In this document: positions 44,563 to 54,418 of the stretch, piece after piece | How positions within the stretch are numbered: position 1 is the first letter of the stretch | Layout of the letters: every line of letters begins with the position of its first letter | NCBI GenBank assembly: GCA_020846275.1 | Contig: JADLEG010000250.1 | Location: 9,875 to 73,874, forward strand | Source of the DNA: Alphaproteobacteria bacterium | Lineage (GTDB): Bacteria > Pseudomonadota > Alphaproteobacteria > JAEULC01 | DNA length: 64,000 nucleotides | Direction of reading: 5' to 3' | Notes under the pieces: generated by a model | Database searches by the model: none | What the model saw: the letters and a program-made list of their open reading frames with translations, nothing else | Told to the model about the DNA's origin: nothing | Program-made: the position numbers and the translations under genes

Positions 44563-45710
44563 AGATCACCGACCTGATTGCCCATCCCATGAGCGCGCCG
44601 CTGGAGCGGCCGGTATGGACGGCGCACGAGCCGTTCCGCCGCGCGGAGCTGGTGCTGGTCGAGATCCGGACCGACCAGGGCATCGTCGGGCTGGGCGAGG
44701 TCTCCACTGGCCCGCAATCCTTGGTGTGCAAGCTGCTGGAAGAGATGCGTCCCCTGCTGATCGGCCAGGATCCGCTGAAACTGGACGCGATCTGGCAACG
44801 TCTATTCTCGATTACGTGCCCGCGGCCAGGCGGCCTTGGCGGGTGGGACGGACTGCCGCCGCCCTTGCCGCGCAACCAGCGGCCCCAGTTCATGGCGGCA
44901 CTGGCCGGCGTCGATATCGCGCTCTGGGACATCGCCGGCAAGCATGCCGGGCTGCCGGTATTCCGCTTGCTCGGCGGCACGCGCACCGAGGTCTTCACCT
45001 ATGCGGTGGGCGGCTTCTACGTCGAAGGTGGCCCTGTGATGGCATGCGCCCAAGAGCTGGCCGGGTTCGCCGCCAGGGGATTCAAGGCCGTCAAGCTCAA
45101 GACCGGAGCGCTTGCGCCCGCCGACGAGGTAGCCCGCGCCCGCGCCGTCCGCGCGGCGATCGGTCCCGGCGTCCAGTTGATGCTCGACATGAACGCGCCC
45201 TACGACGTGGGGACGTGCGTTCGCTTCGCGCGCGATGTCGAAGAATTCGACATTCTATGGCTGGAGGAGCCGCTGCACTGGTATCTGCAGCCGTCCGATT
45301 TCGCGACGCTCGCCCGGTCGGTGCCGATCCCGTTGGCGCACGGCGAACGCGAATGGCACAGCCACGCGGTCGGCGTCTTCATCGATTCGGGCGCGATCCG
45401 CTACGTCCAGTTCGACTGCACCCGCTATGGCGGGTTCAGCGAGGCGATGCGGATCGGGCGGCACGCGGCTGCGAAGGGCGTGATGGTCGCGCCGCACTCC
45501 GCCGCCCATATCCAGGCGCATATCGTGTCGGCCTTCGGCGACGCCGCCTATGCCGCGGAATCCGTGGGCGACGAACGGATGCATCCCATCCATCACCGCA
45601 TCTTCCGGGGCGGTGCTACCTATGGCGGCGACGGCATGGTGCATCTCAGCGCGGAGCCGGGCTTCGGCCTCGACGTGGATTGGAAGGCCGTCGCCGCGCT
45701 GCGGAGCTGA
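44559..45710 (+). CDS. Mandelate racemase/muconate lactonizing enzyme family (MR subgroup)
   Basis: GVDIALWD, KLKTG, MLDMN, LEEP, HGERE, APH; GTGA overlap with upstream stop. Confidence 0.92.
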   Translation: MKITDLIAHPMSAPLERPVWTAHEPFRRAELVLVEIRTDQGIVGLGEVSTGPQSLVCKLLEEMRPLLIGQDPLKLDAIWQRLFSITCPRPGGLGGWDGLPPPLPRNQRPQFMAALAGVDIALWDIAGKHAGLPVFRLLGGTRTEVFTYAVGGFYVEGGPVMACAQELAGFAARGFKAVKLKTGALAPADEVARARAVRAAIGPGVQLMLDMNAPYDVGTCVRFARDVEEFDILWLEEPLHWYLQPSDFATLARSVPIPLAHGEREWHSHAVGVFIDSGAIRYVQFDCTRYGGFSEAMRIGRHAAAKGVMVAPHSAAHIQAHIVSAFGDAAYAAESVGDERMHPIHHRIFRGGATYGGDGMVHLSAEPGFGLDVDWKAVAALRS

Positions 45711-45729
45711 TCGCGAAAGGAAGACCTCC

Positions 45730-46491
45730 ATGATCCTCGACGACATCAAAGGCAAGCGCGTGCTGGTGACCGGCGGCAGCTCCGGCATCGGTGCGGCCGC
45801 GGCCAAGGGCTTTCACGACCACGGCGCCGACGTCGCCGTGCACTATTTCAGCGGCGAGAAGGCGGCGAAGGCCCTCGCCGCCACGATGAATGCCGGCGGC
45901 AAGGTCGCGCTAGTCTCGGGCGACGTTCGGAAGCCTGATGACGCCGCCGCGATCGTGGCGCAGACCGTCCGGGCGCTTGGCGGCCTCGACGTGCTGGTCA
46001 ACAACGCCGGCGGCGTGGTCAAGGCGACGAAGCTGGCGGACTACGCCGACGACATCCTGGACGGGATCGTGAACCTGAACGTGCGCTCGATCCTGGCGCT
46101 CACGCGCGCCGCGCTGCCGCACCTGAAAGCGTCGGGCCAGGGCTCGATCATCAATATCGGCTCGATTGCCGGCCGCAACGGCGGCCAGCCGGGCTCGGGC
46201 CTCTACGCGGCCTCGAAGGCGACCGTGCACTCGCTCACGCGCTCCATGGCGACCGAATTCGCGCCTGACGGCGTGCGCGCCAATGTCATCGCGCCGGGAC
46301 TCATGGTGACTCCGTTCCACGCGAACACGCCGAAGGACCGACTCGAGGCGGTGCGCGGGACCGTGCCGCTGCGCCGTCTCGGCACGGCGGAGGATTGCGT
46401 CGGCGCGTGCCTGTTCCTCGCCTCGCCCGGGATGAGCGGCTACGTCACCGGCCAGATCATCGACGTCAATGGCGGCCGGCTGATGCCGTGA
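45730..46491 (+). CDS. SDR family oxidoreductase
   Basis: TGGSSGIG, NNAG, YAASK. Confidence 0.93.
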   Translation: MILDDIKGKRVLVTGGSSGIGAAAAKGFHDHGADVAVHYFSGEKAAKALAATMNAGGKVALVSGDVRKPDDAAAIVAQTVRALGGLDVLVNNAGGVVKATKLADYADDILDGIVNLNVRSILALTRAALPHLKASGQGSIINIGSIAGRNGGQPGSGLYAASKATVHSLTRSMATEFAPDGVRANVIAPGLMVTPFHANTPKDRLEAVRGTVPLRRLGTAEDCVGACLFLASPGMSGYVTGQIIDVNGGRLMP

Positions 46492-46783
46492 GTGCCGACA
46501 TGCGGTTGCCGTCACCAGCGTTGCCTGGATCGGGACGACAGGTCAGCCTTTTCAGCCCATGGCCTCGCGCTGAATCACATAGAGTCGCAAGCCAAAGTAG
46601 TGGCTTCGAGAGTGCCGGCCAGTGATCTCGGCCGACGCCATTCATCGCGCAGGACAAATGCTCGTCGTCACCCGCCAATATCGCACTTCGATTTTCTTTG
46701 GGCGACGCGCGCCATCGGGTGACCCGAAGGTCGGGACTGGGCTTTCAATGTGAAGTGCGCCCTTGCTGCCGGTTCAATCGAGT

Positions 46784-46809
46784 GTTTGCAAACCATGATC
46801 TTTTGATCA
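46784..46809. promoter_or_regulatory. Tandem palindromes, candidate operator(s)
   Basis: GTTTGCAAAC (46784-46793) and TGATC-TTTT-GATCA (46796-46809) in an AT-richer leader. Confidence 0.45.
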
Positions 46810-46852
46810 AACATACGATTCAAGTCGGCGTGAATTTTGACACGAGGGAAAT

Positions 46853-47608
46853 TTGGCCAACACGTCGAGTGGCGACTTTGCCGGACAGACCGCATTGGTG
46901 ACAGGAGCGGCGCGCGGACTAGGGCGTGCGATTAGCACGCTCCTTGCGCAACGCGGTGCGCGTGTCTTCATGGTCGATCTTGACGGCGCGGGCGTCGAAG
47001 CCGCAGCGAACGAGTTGAGCAAGAGTGGGTTCGATGCGATCGCTGCCCAGGCGGATGTCGCGGACGAGGCGCAGCTCGGCCGCGTCAAGGACATGGTCGT
47101 CGCACGGGGCGGGCGGCTGGACGTTCTTGTCAACAACGCGGGCGGATGGCGATACGGCACGCTCGACGAAATCACGCTCGAGGACTGGGACTGGACCTTC
47201 CGCGTGAACCTGACGACGGTGTTCCTGACCACGCGGACGTTCAAGGACCTGATGATCGCGCGCCGCTATGGTCGGATCGTCAACGTCGCATCGACCGACG
47301 GTTATCGGCCGAAACCGAAATTGCCCCACTATGCCGCAGCGAAGGCGGCGGTTGTCAGCCTGACCAAGACCATGGCGGAGGAGCTGGGCCCGCACGAAGT
47401 GCTGGTGAACGGCGTCAGTCCCGGCGCTATCGCGACCGAGACGGCAAAGGCGCAGGGCTGGCTGAAGGAGCGCATTCCGTTCATCCCGGTACGGCGCGTG
47501 GCCGAACCGGGGGACATCGCGGAAGTGATCCTGTACCTCGCCTCGCCCCGCAACCGTTTCGTGGTAGGCGAGACCGTAATGGTGAATGGCGGCATGCTGA
47601 TGGTCTGA
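46853..47608 (+). CDS. SDR family oxidoreductase
   Basis: TGAARGLG, NNAGG, YAAAK. Confidence 0.92.
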   Translation: MANTSSGDFAGQTALVTGAARGLGRAISTLLAQRGARVFMVDLDGAGVEAAANELSKSGFDAIAAQADVADEAQLGRVKDMVVARGGRLDVLVNNAGGWRYGTLDEITLEDWDWTFRVNLTTVFLTTRTFKDLMIARRYGRIVNVASTDGYRPKPKLPHYAAAKAAVVSLTKTMAEELGPHEVLVNGVSPGAIATETAKAQGWLKERIPFIPVRRVAEPGDIAEVILYLASPRNRFVVGETVMVNGGMLMV

Positions 47609-47645
47609 GGCTCGACGACAACAAGAATGGAAGGGGAGGACAAAC

Positions 47646-48692
47646 ATGCAGATCGACCGGCGCTTTTCGCGCATGACCCGTCGCGGTGCAATGAAAGGGG
47701 TGGCAGCAGCCTCCCTCGCTCTAGGACTTCCGGCAATCCTGCGGGCCGCGCCCAGCCAGATGGTCGTCGCCACCGGCGGCGGGAAGCTGGAAGAGGCTTA
47801 CCAGAAATCGGTCTACACGCCATGGACCGCCAAGACCGGTATCAAGATCGTCGGCGCGCCGAACACGAGCGCAAAGCTGAAGGCAATGGTCGAGCAGAAA
47901 GCCTATGAGTGGGACATCTGCCAGGTGGCGGCGGAGTTCGCCGCGCAGGCCGCGAAGCAGGGATTGCTCGAGCCGCTCGACTATGGCGTCATCGACAAGT
48001 CGAAGATGCTGCCCAACACCTGTTTCGAGCATTTCATCGTCTCCGATGTGGTCGCGTACCACATCGCCTGGAACACCAAGAACGTGAAACCAGGCGCGGA
48101 ACCAAAGAATTGGGCCGAATTCTGGAAGGCGCCCGGACGCCGCGGCTTGTGGAAGCGTCCGTTCCAGACCATGGAGGTGGCGCTGATGGCCGACGGGGTG
48201 GACAAGGACAAGCTCTACCCGCTCGATGTCGATCGCGCGCTCAAGAGCCTCGACAAGATCAAGGCCTCTACCTTGTTCTGGAACACCGGGGCCCAGTCGG
48301 CGCAGATTCTGATCGACGGTGAGGTCGAGATTTCGGCCACCTGGAACGGGCGCGTGCATGATCCCAAGCGGGCCGGCGCGCCGGTGGACTACCACTACAA
48401 CCAGGCGCTGTTCGTATCGGATGCCTGGGCCATCCCCAAGGGCGCGCCGAACAAGAAAGAGGCGATGGAGATGATCGCGCTCGCCATGTCGCCGCGGGGC
48501 CAGGCCGACTTCGCCAAGCTCATTCCCTATGGGCCAACCAACACCGCCGCTCTGGCGTTGCTGGACGCTCCCACCTTGGAGGCATTGCCGTCCTCCGAGG
48601 CGAATTTCAAGAAAGGCGTTTTTCTCGACGTCACCTACTGGGCCGACAATGGCGACCGCGTGGGACCGATGTTCGAGAAATGGGTGCTGTAG
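47646..48692 (+). CDS. ABC substrate-binding protein, PotD/PotF-like, Tat signal
   Basis: TRRGAMKG; GGG..EEAY; LEPLDY; WNGR; WAIPKGAPNK. Confidence 0.88.
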   Translation: MQIDRRFSRMTRRGAMKGVAAASLALGLPAILRAAPSQMVVATGGGKLEEAYQKSVYTPWTAKTGIKIVGAPNTSAKLKAMVEQKAYEWDICQVAAEFAAQAAKQGLLEPLDYGVIDKSKMLPNTCFEHFIVSDVVAYHIAWNTKNVKPGAEPKNWAEFWKAPGRRGLWKRPFQTMEVALMADGVDKDKLYPLDVDRALKSLDKIKASTLFWNTGAQSAQILIDGEVEISATWNGRVHDPKRAGAPVDYHYNQALFVSDAWAIPKGAPNKKEAMEMIALAMSPRGQADFAKLIPYGPTNTAALALLDAPTLEALPSSEANFKKGVFLDVTYWADNGDRVGPMFEKWVL

Positions 48693-48728
48693 ATTCGCGC
48701 TGATCACCCGGGGAACCGCGGGCGGCCC

Positions 48729-49616
48729 ATGCAAGGCCGGTCGACATTGACCAGTCGGCCCGACGGCCCAACGGCGCGGCCGTGGTCGGCGACCGGTTTC
48801 TATGGCTGGCTGCTCGCCGTTCCGACGGGGTTTCTCGCCGTCTTCTTCGCCTGGCCGTTGTTGCGGGTCGTCTGGCGGGGATTTACCGACCCCCATCCGG
48901 GGCTCGCGAACTTCGTGACCGTGTTCGGCGACGGCCCGTATCTGTTCGTGCTATGGAACACGATCGAAACGGCCGCGACCGTCACGGTTCTCTGCCTGCT
49001 GATCGCCTATCCGATTGCCTATGTCATGTCCAAGGCGCGGGGCATGAGCCTGCAGGTGATGGCCGCGCTCGTGCTGATCCCGCTGTGGACCAGCGTCGTG
49101 ATCCGCTCCTATGCCTGGATGGTCGTATTCCAGCGGCGCGGCATCCTCAATGACCTGCTGCTGGCGGCGGGGATCGTCGATACGCCGGTTCGCTTTCTGC
49201 CGGGATCCTTTGGCGTGCATGTCGGCATGGTGCACATCATGCTGCCGTTCATGGTGCTGCCGCTCCTGTCATCGATGCGCTCGATCGATCGCACCCTGCT
49301 GCGCGCGGCGGCTGTGCTGGGCGCAAGTCCCAGCAACGCTTTCCTGAAAGTGTTCCTGCCGCTCTCCTTGCCCGGCGTGAATGCGGGTGTCGCCTTGGTC
49401 TTCATGACCTCGTTGGGCTTCTTTGTCACGCCCGCGCTGCTGGGCGGTCCACGGCACATGACGGCCGCCGTGCTGATCGAACAACAGGCCAACACCTATT
49501 TGAATTGGGGATTGGCATCGGCGCTGGCGACGACCTTGCTGGTGATCACCCTGGCGATCTATCTCGTGTATCTCCGCGTTACCGGTGGAGCGGCCGAGGC
49601 CGCGCTAGCGCGTTGA
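48729..49616 (+). CDS. ABC permease, PotB-like
   Basis: LIAYPIAY, PLWTSVVIRSYAW, AAVLGASP..VFLPLSLPG. Confidence 0.92.
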   Translation: MQGRSTLTSRPDGPTARPWSATGFYGWLLAVPTGFLAVFFAWPLLRVVWRGFTDPHPGLANFVTVFGDGPYLFVLWNTIETAATVTVLCLLIAYPIAYVMSKARGMSLQVMAALVLIPLWTSVVIRSYAWMVVFQRRGILNDLLLAAGIVDTPVRFLPGSFGVHVGMVHIMLPFMVLPLLSSMRSIDRTLLRAAAVLGASPSNAFLKVFLPLSLPGVNAGVALVFMTSLGFFVTPALLGGPRHMTAAVLIEQQANTYLNWGLASALATTLLVITLAIYLVYLRVTGGAAEAALAR

Positions 49617-50431
49617 ACGGGCTCGCTGACTGGTTTCCTCGGCTGATGCGCGTGGCGTTGCCCAGCTTCACGGCGCTTGCCCTTGTCTATCTGGTCCTGC
49701 CCAGCTTGATCATCGTGCCGATGTCCTTCAGCAACCAGCTCTACCTGACGTTCCCGCCGCCCGGATGGTCGACGCAGTGGTATGGCGCGATGCAGACCGA
49801 TCTGTCCTGGCCCCAGGCTGCGGCGAACAGCTTCCTGATCGGCGTACCGACCGCGCTGCTGTCGGTGGCGCTGGGAACGCTGGCGGCGCTGGCGGTGGTG
49901 CGCGGCCGATTGCGCTTCGCGGCGGCGGCTTCGGCCCTCCTGGTAGCGCCGATGCTGCTGCCGCATGTGATCATCGCAATCGGCCTCTATCCCGTTATGC
50001 TGGATCTGGGTCTGCTGCGGGGATATCTCGGCGTCATCATCGGCCATACCGTGGTTGCGATGCCGCTGGTGTTCATCACGGTTGCCGCTGCGCTCCGAAC
50101 CTACAGCGAATCGCTGGAACTGGCGGCGATGACCTGCGGGGCTGGCCCGTGGTCTGCGTTCCGCCATATCACGTTCCCGATGATCCGCATGGGTGTCGTG
50201 GTAGGCGGGCTGCTCGCCTTCGCGACGTCGTTCGACGAGTTGATGCTGTCGCTGTTCCTGACCGGACCAGGGACGCGCACCTTGCCGCGCCTGATCTGGG
50301 AGCAGATGAACGCCTACCTGACACCGACGATCGCCGCGGTTGCCACGCTGATTCTGGGTTTCTCCTTGCTGTTGCTGGCGGTTGTCGCCGTTCTGCAGCG
50401 CGCGCGCCCTGTCGAAAGCCAGGCGCCATGA
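49613..50431 (+). CDS. ABC permease, PotC-like (start 49613 TTG or 49646 ATG)
   Basis: IIVPMSFS..FPPPGWSTQWY, LELAAMTCGA..ITFP, SFDE. Confidence 0.92.
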   Translation: MNGLADWFPRLMRVALPSFTALALVYLVLPSLIIVPMSFSNQLYLTFPPPGWSTQWYGAMQTDLSWPQAAANSFLIGVPTALLSVALGTLAALAVVRGRLRFAAAASALLVAPMLLPHVIIAIGLYPVMLDLGLLRGYLGVIIGHTVVAMPLVFITVAAALRTYSESLELAAMTCGAGPWSAFRHITFPMIRMGVVVGGLLAFATSFDELMLSLFLTGPGTRTLPRLIWEQMNAYLTPTIAAVATLILGFSLLLLAVVAVLQRARPVESQAP

Positions 50432-51528
50432 GCGGAGCTTCCAGGGGCGCGCATCTGGCGATCCAGGGTCTCTACAAACGTTACGGCGACGTCCAGGCCC
50501 TCGCGCCAACCGACCTTGACGTCGCGCAGGGCGAGTTTTTCGCGCTGATCGGCCCCAGCGGATCGGGAAAGTCGACCCTGCTCGGGTCGATCGCGGGCTT
50601 CGTGCCACCCAGCGGCGGGCGGATCCTGGTCGGCGGCGTGGACGTGGTCTCCGTGCCGCCCTATCGGCGGAACATCGGCATGGTGTTCCAAAACTATGCG
50701 CTGTTCCCGCACATGGTCGTATTCGACAATATTGCGTTCCCCCTGCGGATGCGCAAGGTCGCCGAGACGGAGATTCGCACGCGCGTGGAGCGAATGCTCG
50801 CCGTGGTGCGGCTCGAAGGCATGGGGGCTCGCCGTACCAGCCAGCTTTCCGGTGGGCAGCAGCAGCGCGTGGCCCTGGCGCGCGCCGCCGTGTATGACCC
50901 GCCCCTATTGCTGATGGACGAGCCGCTGGGAGCACTGGACAAGAATCTACGCGAGGAAATGCAAGACGAGATCAAGCAGTTTCACCGGCAGATCGGCGCG
51001 ACCGTCCTGTACGTTACCCACGACCAGGACGAGGCGGCACGCTTGTCCGATCGCATAGCGATCGTCAATCACGGCCGCATCGTCCAGGTAGGCGCGCCGC
51101 GCGAGCTTTACGAGGCGCCTTGCAATTCCTTTGTGGCCAGCTTCCTGGGCGAGGCCAACTTGTTCCCGATTCAAAGCGTTGCGCCTGCCGTCGACGGGAC
51201 AACGCTCGAAATCGGCGGCGGCATGCGGTTGGCGACGACTCGAAAGCCGCCGGAAGCAGCCACCGGTGCGGGAATAATGGCTTGCGTGCGCCCCGAGGCG
51301 ATCGGATTGAACCATCGGACATCCGCGGCCGCGGGCAACACGGTGGAAGGCATCGTGGACGATGCTGTCTATACGGCGGGGATGCTGCGCTATCGCGTGC
51401 GCGTGAGCGACTCTATTCAACTCACCGTCCGTCAACCGCCGGGCCACGCGGCGCACCACGCCATTCCGGGCGAGCGCGTAGTGCTTTCCTGGCGCGCCGA
51501 AGACACGCTGCTGGTTCCAAGGGAGTAG
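50428..51528 (+). CDS. ABC ATP-binding protein, PotA-like
   Basis: [32 protein letters not shown]-like tail. Confidence 0.95.
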   Translation: MSGASRGAHLAIQGLYKRYGDVQALAPTDLDVAQGEFFALIGPSGSGKSTLLGSIAGFVPPSGGRILVGGVDVVSVPPYRRNIGMVFQNYALFPHMVVFDNIAFPLRMRKVAETEIRTRVERMLAVVRLEGMGARRTSQLSGGQQQRVALARAAVYDPPLLLMDEPLGALDKNLREEMQDEIKQFHRQIGATVLYVTHDQDEAARLSDRIAIVNHGRIVQVGAPRELYEAPCNSFVASFLGEANLFPIQSVAPAVDGTTLEIGGGMRLATTRKPPEAATGAGIMACVRPEAIGLNHRTSAAAGNTVEGIVDDAVYTAGMLRYRVRVSDSIQLTVRQPPGHAAHHAIPGERVVLSWRAEDTLLVPRE

Positions 51529-51530
51529 GC

Positions 51531-52286
51531 ATGGGAAACTTGATTGGTAAGGTTGCGCTCATCACCGGCTCGGGTGATGGCATGGGACGCGCTCACGCCG
51601 TGCTGATGGCATCGCGTGGTGCGGACATCGTGGTCAACGACATCCGCCGGGATGCGGCCGAGGAAACGGCGCGCATGGTCAAGGCGCTAGGCCGAAAGGC
51701 GCATGTCGTGGCGTGTGACGTCGCCGACACCGCCGCCGTCCGTGCATTGGCCGCGGAAGGCATAGGAACCATGGGCAAGGTCGACATCCTCGTCAACAAC
51801 GCCGGCTTCGGCCAGCGCGCGCAATTGCCGGAGATTGTCGAGAAGGATTTCGACCGCATGATGGCCGTGCACGTGAAGGGCTCGTTCTTTTTGACGCAAG
51901 CACTGATTCCGGCAATGAAGGAACGACGCTACGGCAAAATCATCAACATCTCCTCGATCTGGGGCATGACCGGCGCGCCGGTTGCCTCGCATTACTGCGC
52001 GGCGAAAGCGGCGCTGCTGGGCTTCACCAAGGCCTGGGCCAAGGAGCTGGCGCCATGGAACATCCATGTCAACGCCGTGGCGCCGGGCGGCGTGCGGTCG
52101 GGCGGTCCCATCAAGCTGGACAATCCTGAAATCCTCCGCGCGAAGGAGGAGAAGGTTCCCCTCAAGCGGTATTGCGAACCTGTCGAGATATCCTATGCCG
52201 TCGCCTATCTCGCGTCGCCCGAAGCGGACTTCGTCACCGGTCAGGTGATCAGCCCGAACGGCGGCGATACCATCGTCGGCTTTTGA
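51531..52286 (+). CDS. SDR family oxidoreductase (tandem paralog A)
   Basis: TGSGDGMG, NNAG, YCAAK. Confidence 0.93.
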   Translation: MGNLIGKVALITGSGDGMGRAHAVLMASRGADIVVNDIRRDAAEETARMVKALGRKAHVVACDVADTAAVRALAAEGIGTMGKVDILVNNAGFGQRAQLPEIVEKDFDRMMAVHVKGSFFLTQALIPAMKERRYGKIINISSIWGMTGAPVASHYCAAKAALLGFTKAWAKELAPWNIHVNAVAPGGVRSGGPIKLDNPEILRAKEEKVPLKRYCEPVEISYAVAYLASPEADFVTGQVISPNGGDTIVGF

Positions 52287-52299
52287 AGCGGAGGCAATC

Positions 52300-53073
52300 A
52301 TGGCGGAAGCAAGCAACAGCCTTCGCGGCAAGGTCGCCTGGATTACCGGATCGGGCCGGGGGATGGGCCGCGCGCATGCGCTGCTGATGGCCGAACGAGG
52401 GGCCGACCTCGTCGTGCACGACGTGCTGAAGGACGAGGCTGCAGCGACGGTCGAGGCCGTGCGCAAGCTGGGGCGGCGCTGCATCGTCTCCCATGCCGAC
52501 GTTCGCGACGTGGGCGCAGTCCAAGGCCTGGTCGCGACGGCGCAGAAGGAACTGGGGCCGATCGACATACTGGTCAACAACGCCGGCGTGGGACAGCACC
52601 GGCCCTTCGAGGACATCAGCGAAGCCGACTTCGACCTGATGTTCGGCGTGCACGTGAAAGGGACCTTCTTCTGCACGCAGGCCGCGGTGCCCACGATGAA
52701 GGAGCGGCGCAGCGGCAAGATCGTGAACATCAGCTCGATCTGGGCGATGACGGGCGCCGGCATCAACAAGGCCTCGCACTACTGCGCGGCGAAGACGGCG
52801 ATCCTTGGCTTGACCAAGGCCTGGGCCAAGGAACTCGCGCCCTGGAACATCATGGTCAACGCGGTCTCGCCCGGTGGGGTGTTGACGGAAATGCCGATCA
52901 AGACCCAGGGATGGGACATGATTCGCGAGAAGGAGAAGCGCGTCCCGCTCGGTCGATGGGCCAGGCCCGAGGAAGTCTCCTACGCGGTCGCCTTCCTCGC
53001 TTCGGGCGAGGCGGACTTCATCTCCGGCCAGCAGATCAGCCCGAACGGCGGCGAGACCATCGTCGGCATCTGA
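52300..53073 (+). CDS. SDR family oxidoreductase (tandem paralog B)
   Basis: TGSGRGMG, NNAG, YCAAK. Confidence 0.93.
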   Translation: MAEASNSLRGKVAWITGSGRGMGRAHALLMAERGADLVVHDVLKDEAAATVEAVRKLGRRCIVSHADVRDVGAVQGLVATAQKELGPIDILVNNAGVGQHRPFEDISEADFDLMFGVHVKGTFFCTQAAVPTMKERRSGKIVNISSIWAMTGAGINKASHYCAAKTAILGLTKAWAKELAPWNIMVNAVSPGGVLTEMPIKTQGWDMIREKEKRVPLGRWARPEEVSYAVAFLASGEADFISGQQISPNGGETIVGI

Positions 53074-53096
53074 CCATTCAAGCACGGGAGAAGGCA

Positions 53097-54194
53097 ATGC
53101 ATTTCGGTCTCTTCAACCTGATGACGCAGCGCGACCCGAAGAAGTCGGCGCGCCAGATCTACACCGAAATGGTCGAGCAGGTTCAGATGGTCGAACAGAT
53201 CGGGTTCGAGATCGCCTGGTTCGCCGAACACCATTTCTCGAACTACTGCCTGTGCCCATCGCCGCTGACCATGCTGACCTATATGGCCGCCAAGACCAGC
53301 CGCATCAAGCTGGCACCGGGCGTTATCGTCGCGCCGCTCTATGAGCCGATCCGGATGCTCGAGGACATCGCGGTGGCCGACAACCTCAGCGATGGCCGAT
53401 TGGTGCTGGGCTTCGGCAGCGGCTACCAGGAGTACGAGTTCCACAAATTCGGCGTCGACCTGAAGGAGGGACGCAACATCTTCCTGGAGAAGCTGGATCT
53501 CGTCGAACGCTTCCTCGCCGGCGAGCCGTTCGGCTATCAGGGCAAGCTGGTCAAGGTGACGGATACGTATTGCCGCGTCCGGCCGCTGCAGAAGCGCATC
53601 CCGATCTACATTGCCGGCCTGCTCAACGATCCCGAGACCCAGCGCCGCGTCGCCCGCAGCGGCTACATTCCATTCTTCACGACGGGTTGGAGCACCCTTG
53701 AGCAGATCAAGCAAACCCACGACAAGGTGGTGCAATATTACGTCGAGTCCGGCGGCGACGCCGACCGCACCCCCTTCGCGATGCAGCGCTACATGTTCGT
53801 CACTGACGACAAGGAAGAGGCACTGCAGGCGGCTGAGGGCGCGCGCTACATCCGCCGTATCGCATTGTCGATGCGCCAGCGCTATGGCGAAGTCGATGGC
53901 GGCTTCCTCAAGGAGATTCCCGCCAGCGACGAGCCGCCGCTGGATGAAATTGCCAGACGCATGATTGTCGGCTCGCCGGCGACGGTCGTGGAAAAGCTCG
54001 GCCGCGAGTTCGAGGCGCTGCGTCCCACGCATGTGAGCTGCTTCATGGGCATCCCAGGCATTCCGCAGGCCCGTGTCCTCAAATCGATGGAGCGCTTCGG
54101 GGCCGAGGTGATGCCGCAGCTTGCCAAGCAGTTCGGCGGCCTGGACCGCGTCGGCGCGCCGGCTTCCACGCGCCAGCCGCTCGTCGCCGACTAG
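53097..54194 (+). CDS. Luciferase-like (LLM class) flavin-dependent monooxygenase
   Basis: WFAEHHFSNY..PSP, RIKL, EDIAVADNLSDGRLVLGFGSGY. Confidence 0.93.
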   Translation: MHFGLFNLMTQRDPKKSARQIYTEMVEQVQMVEQIGFEIAWFAEHHFSNYCLCPSPLTMLTYMAAKTSRIKLAPGVIVAPLYEPIRMLEDIAVADNLSDGRLVLGFGSGYQEYEFHKFGVDLKEGRNIFLEKLDLVERFLAGEPFGYQGKLVKVTDTYCRVRPLQKRIPIYIAGLLNDPETQRRVARSGYIPFFTTGWSTLEQIKQTHDKVVQYYVESGGDADRTPFAMQRYMFVTDDKEEALQAAEGARYIRRIALSMRQRYGEVDGGFLKEIPASDEPPLDEIARRMIVGSPATVVEKLGREFEALRPTHVSCFMGIPGIPQARVLKSMERFGAEVMPQLAKQFGGLDRVGAPASTRQPLVAD

Positions 54195-54219
54195 GGATGG
54201 ATTCTGATGGGGTAGTTCA

Positions 54220-54237
54220 TCCGGGCCGAAGCCCGGA
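54220..54237 (-). terminator. Hairpin with cUUCGg tetraloop (minus) between convergent genes
   Basis: TCCGGGC-TTCG-GCCCGGA on minus; no U tract. Confidence 0.35.
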
Positions 54238-54418
54238 ACTTGGCTGGTGCGAGCCGTCAACTAGCAGGGGACAATCCGGATAAACGCCCAGATGCTAGCG
54301 GGCAAAGGCCACGGGCCGAGCATTCGCGAGTTCGATCGCGACGATACGCCTGTCGGTTTACAGCGGTCACGACGACCGATGCAACTGTTGTCGTATGGCG
54401 GCAGCAATCCAAGAACAG

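Noticed and set aside
46520-46690. Possible IclR-type regulator remnant (..EITGRHSRSHYFGLRLYVIQRE) on minus
   Set aside because: Too short and weak to support without a profile search
46796-46809. FNR/Crp box
   Set aside because: TGA-N8-TCA spacing does not match the TGA-N6-TCA core
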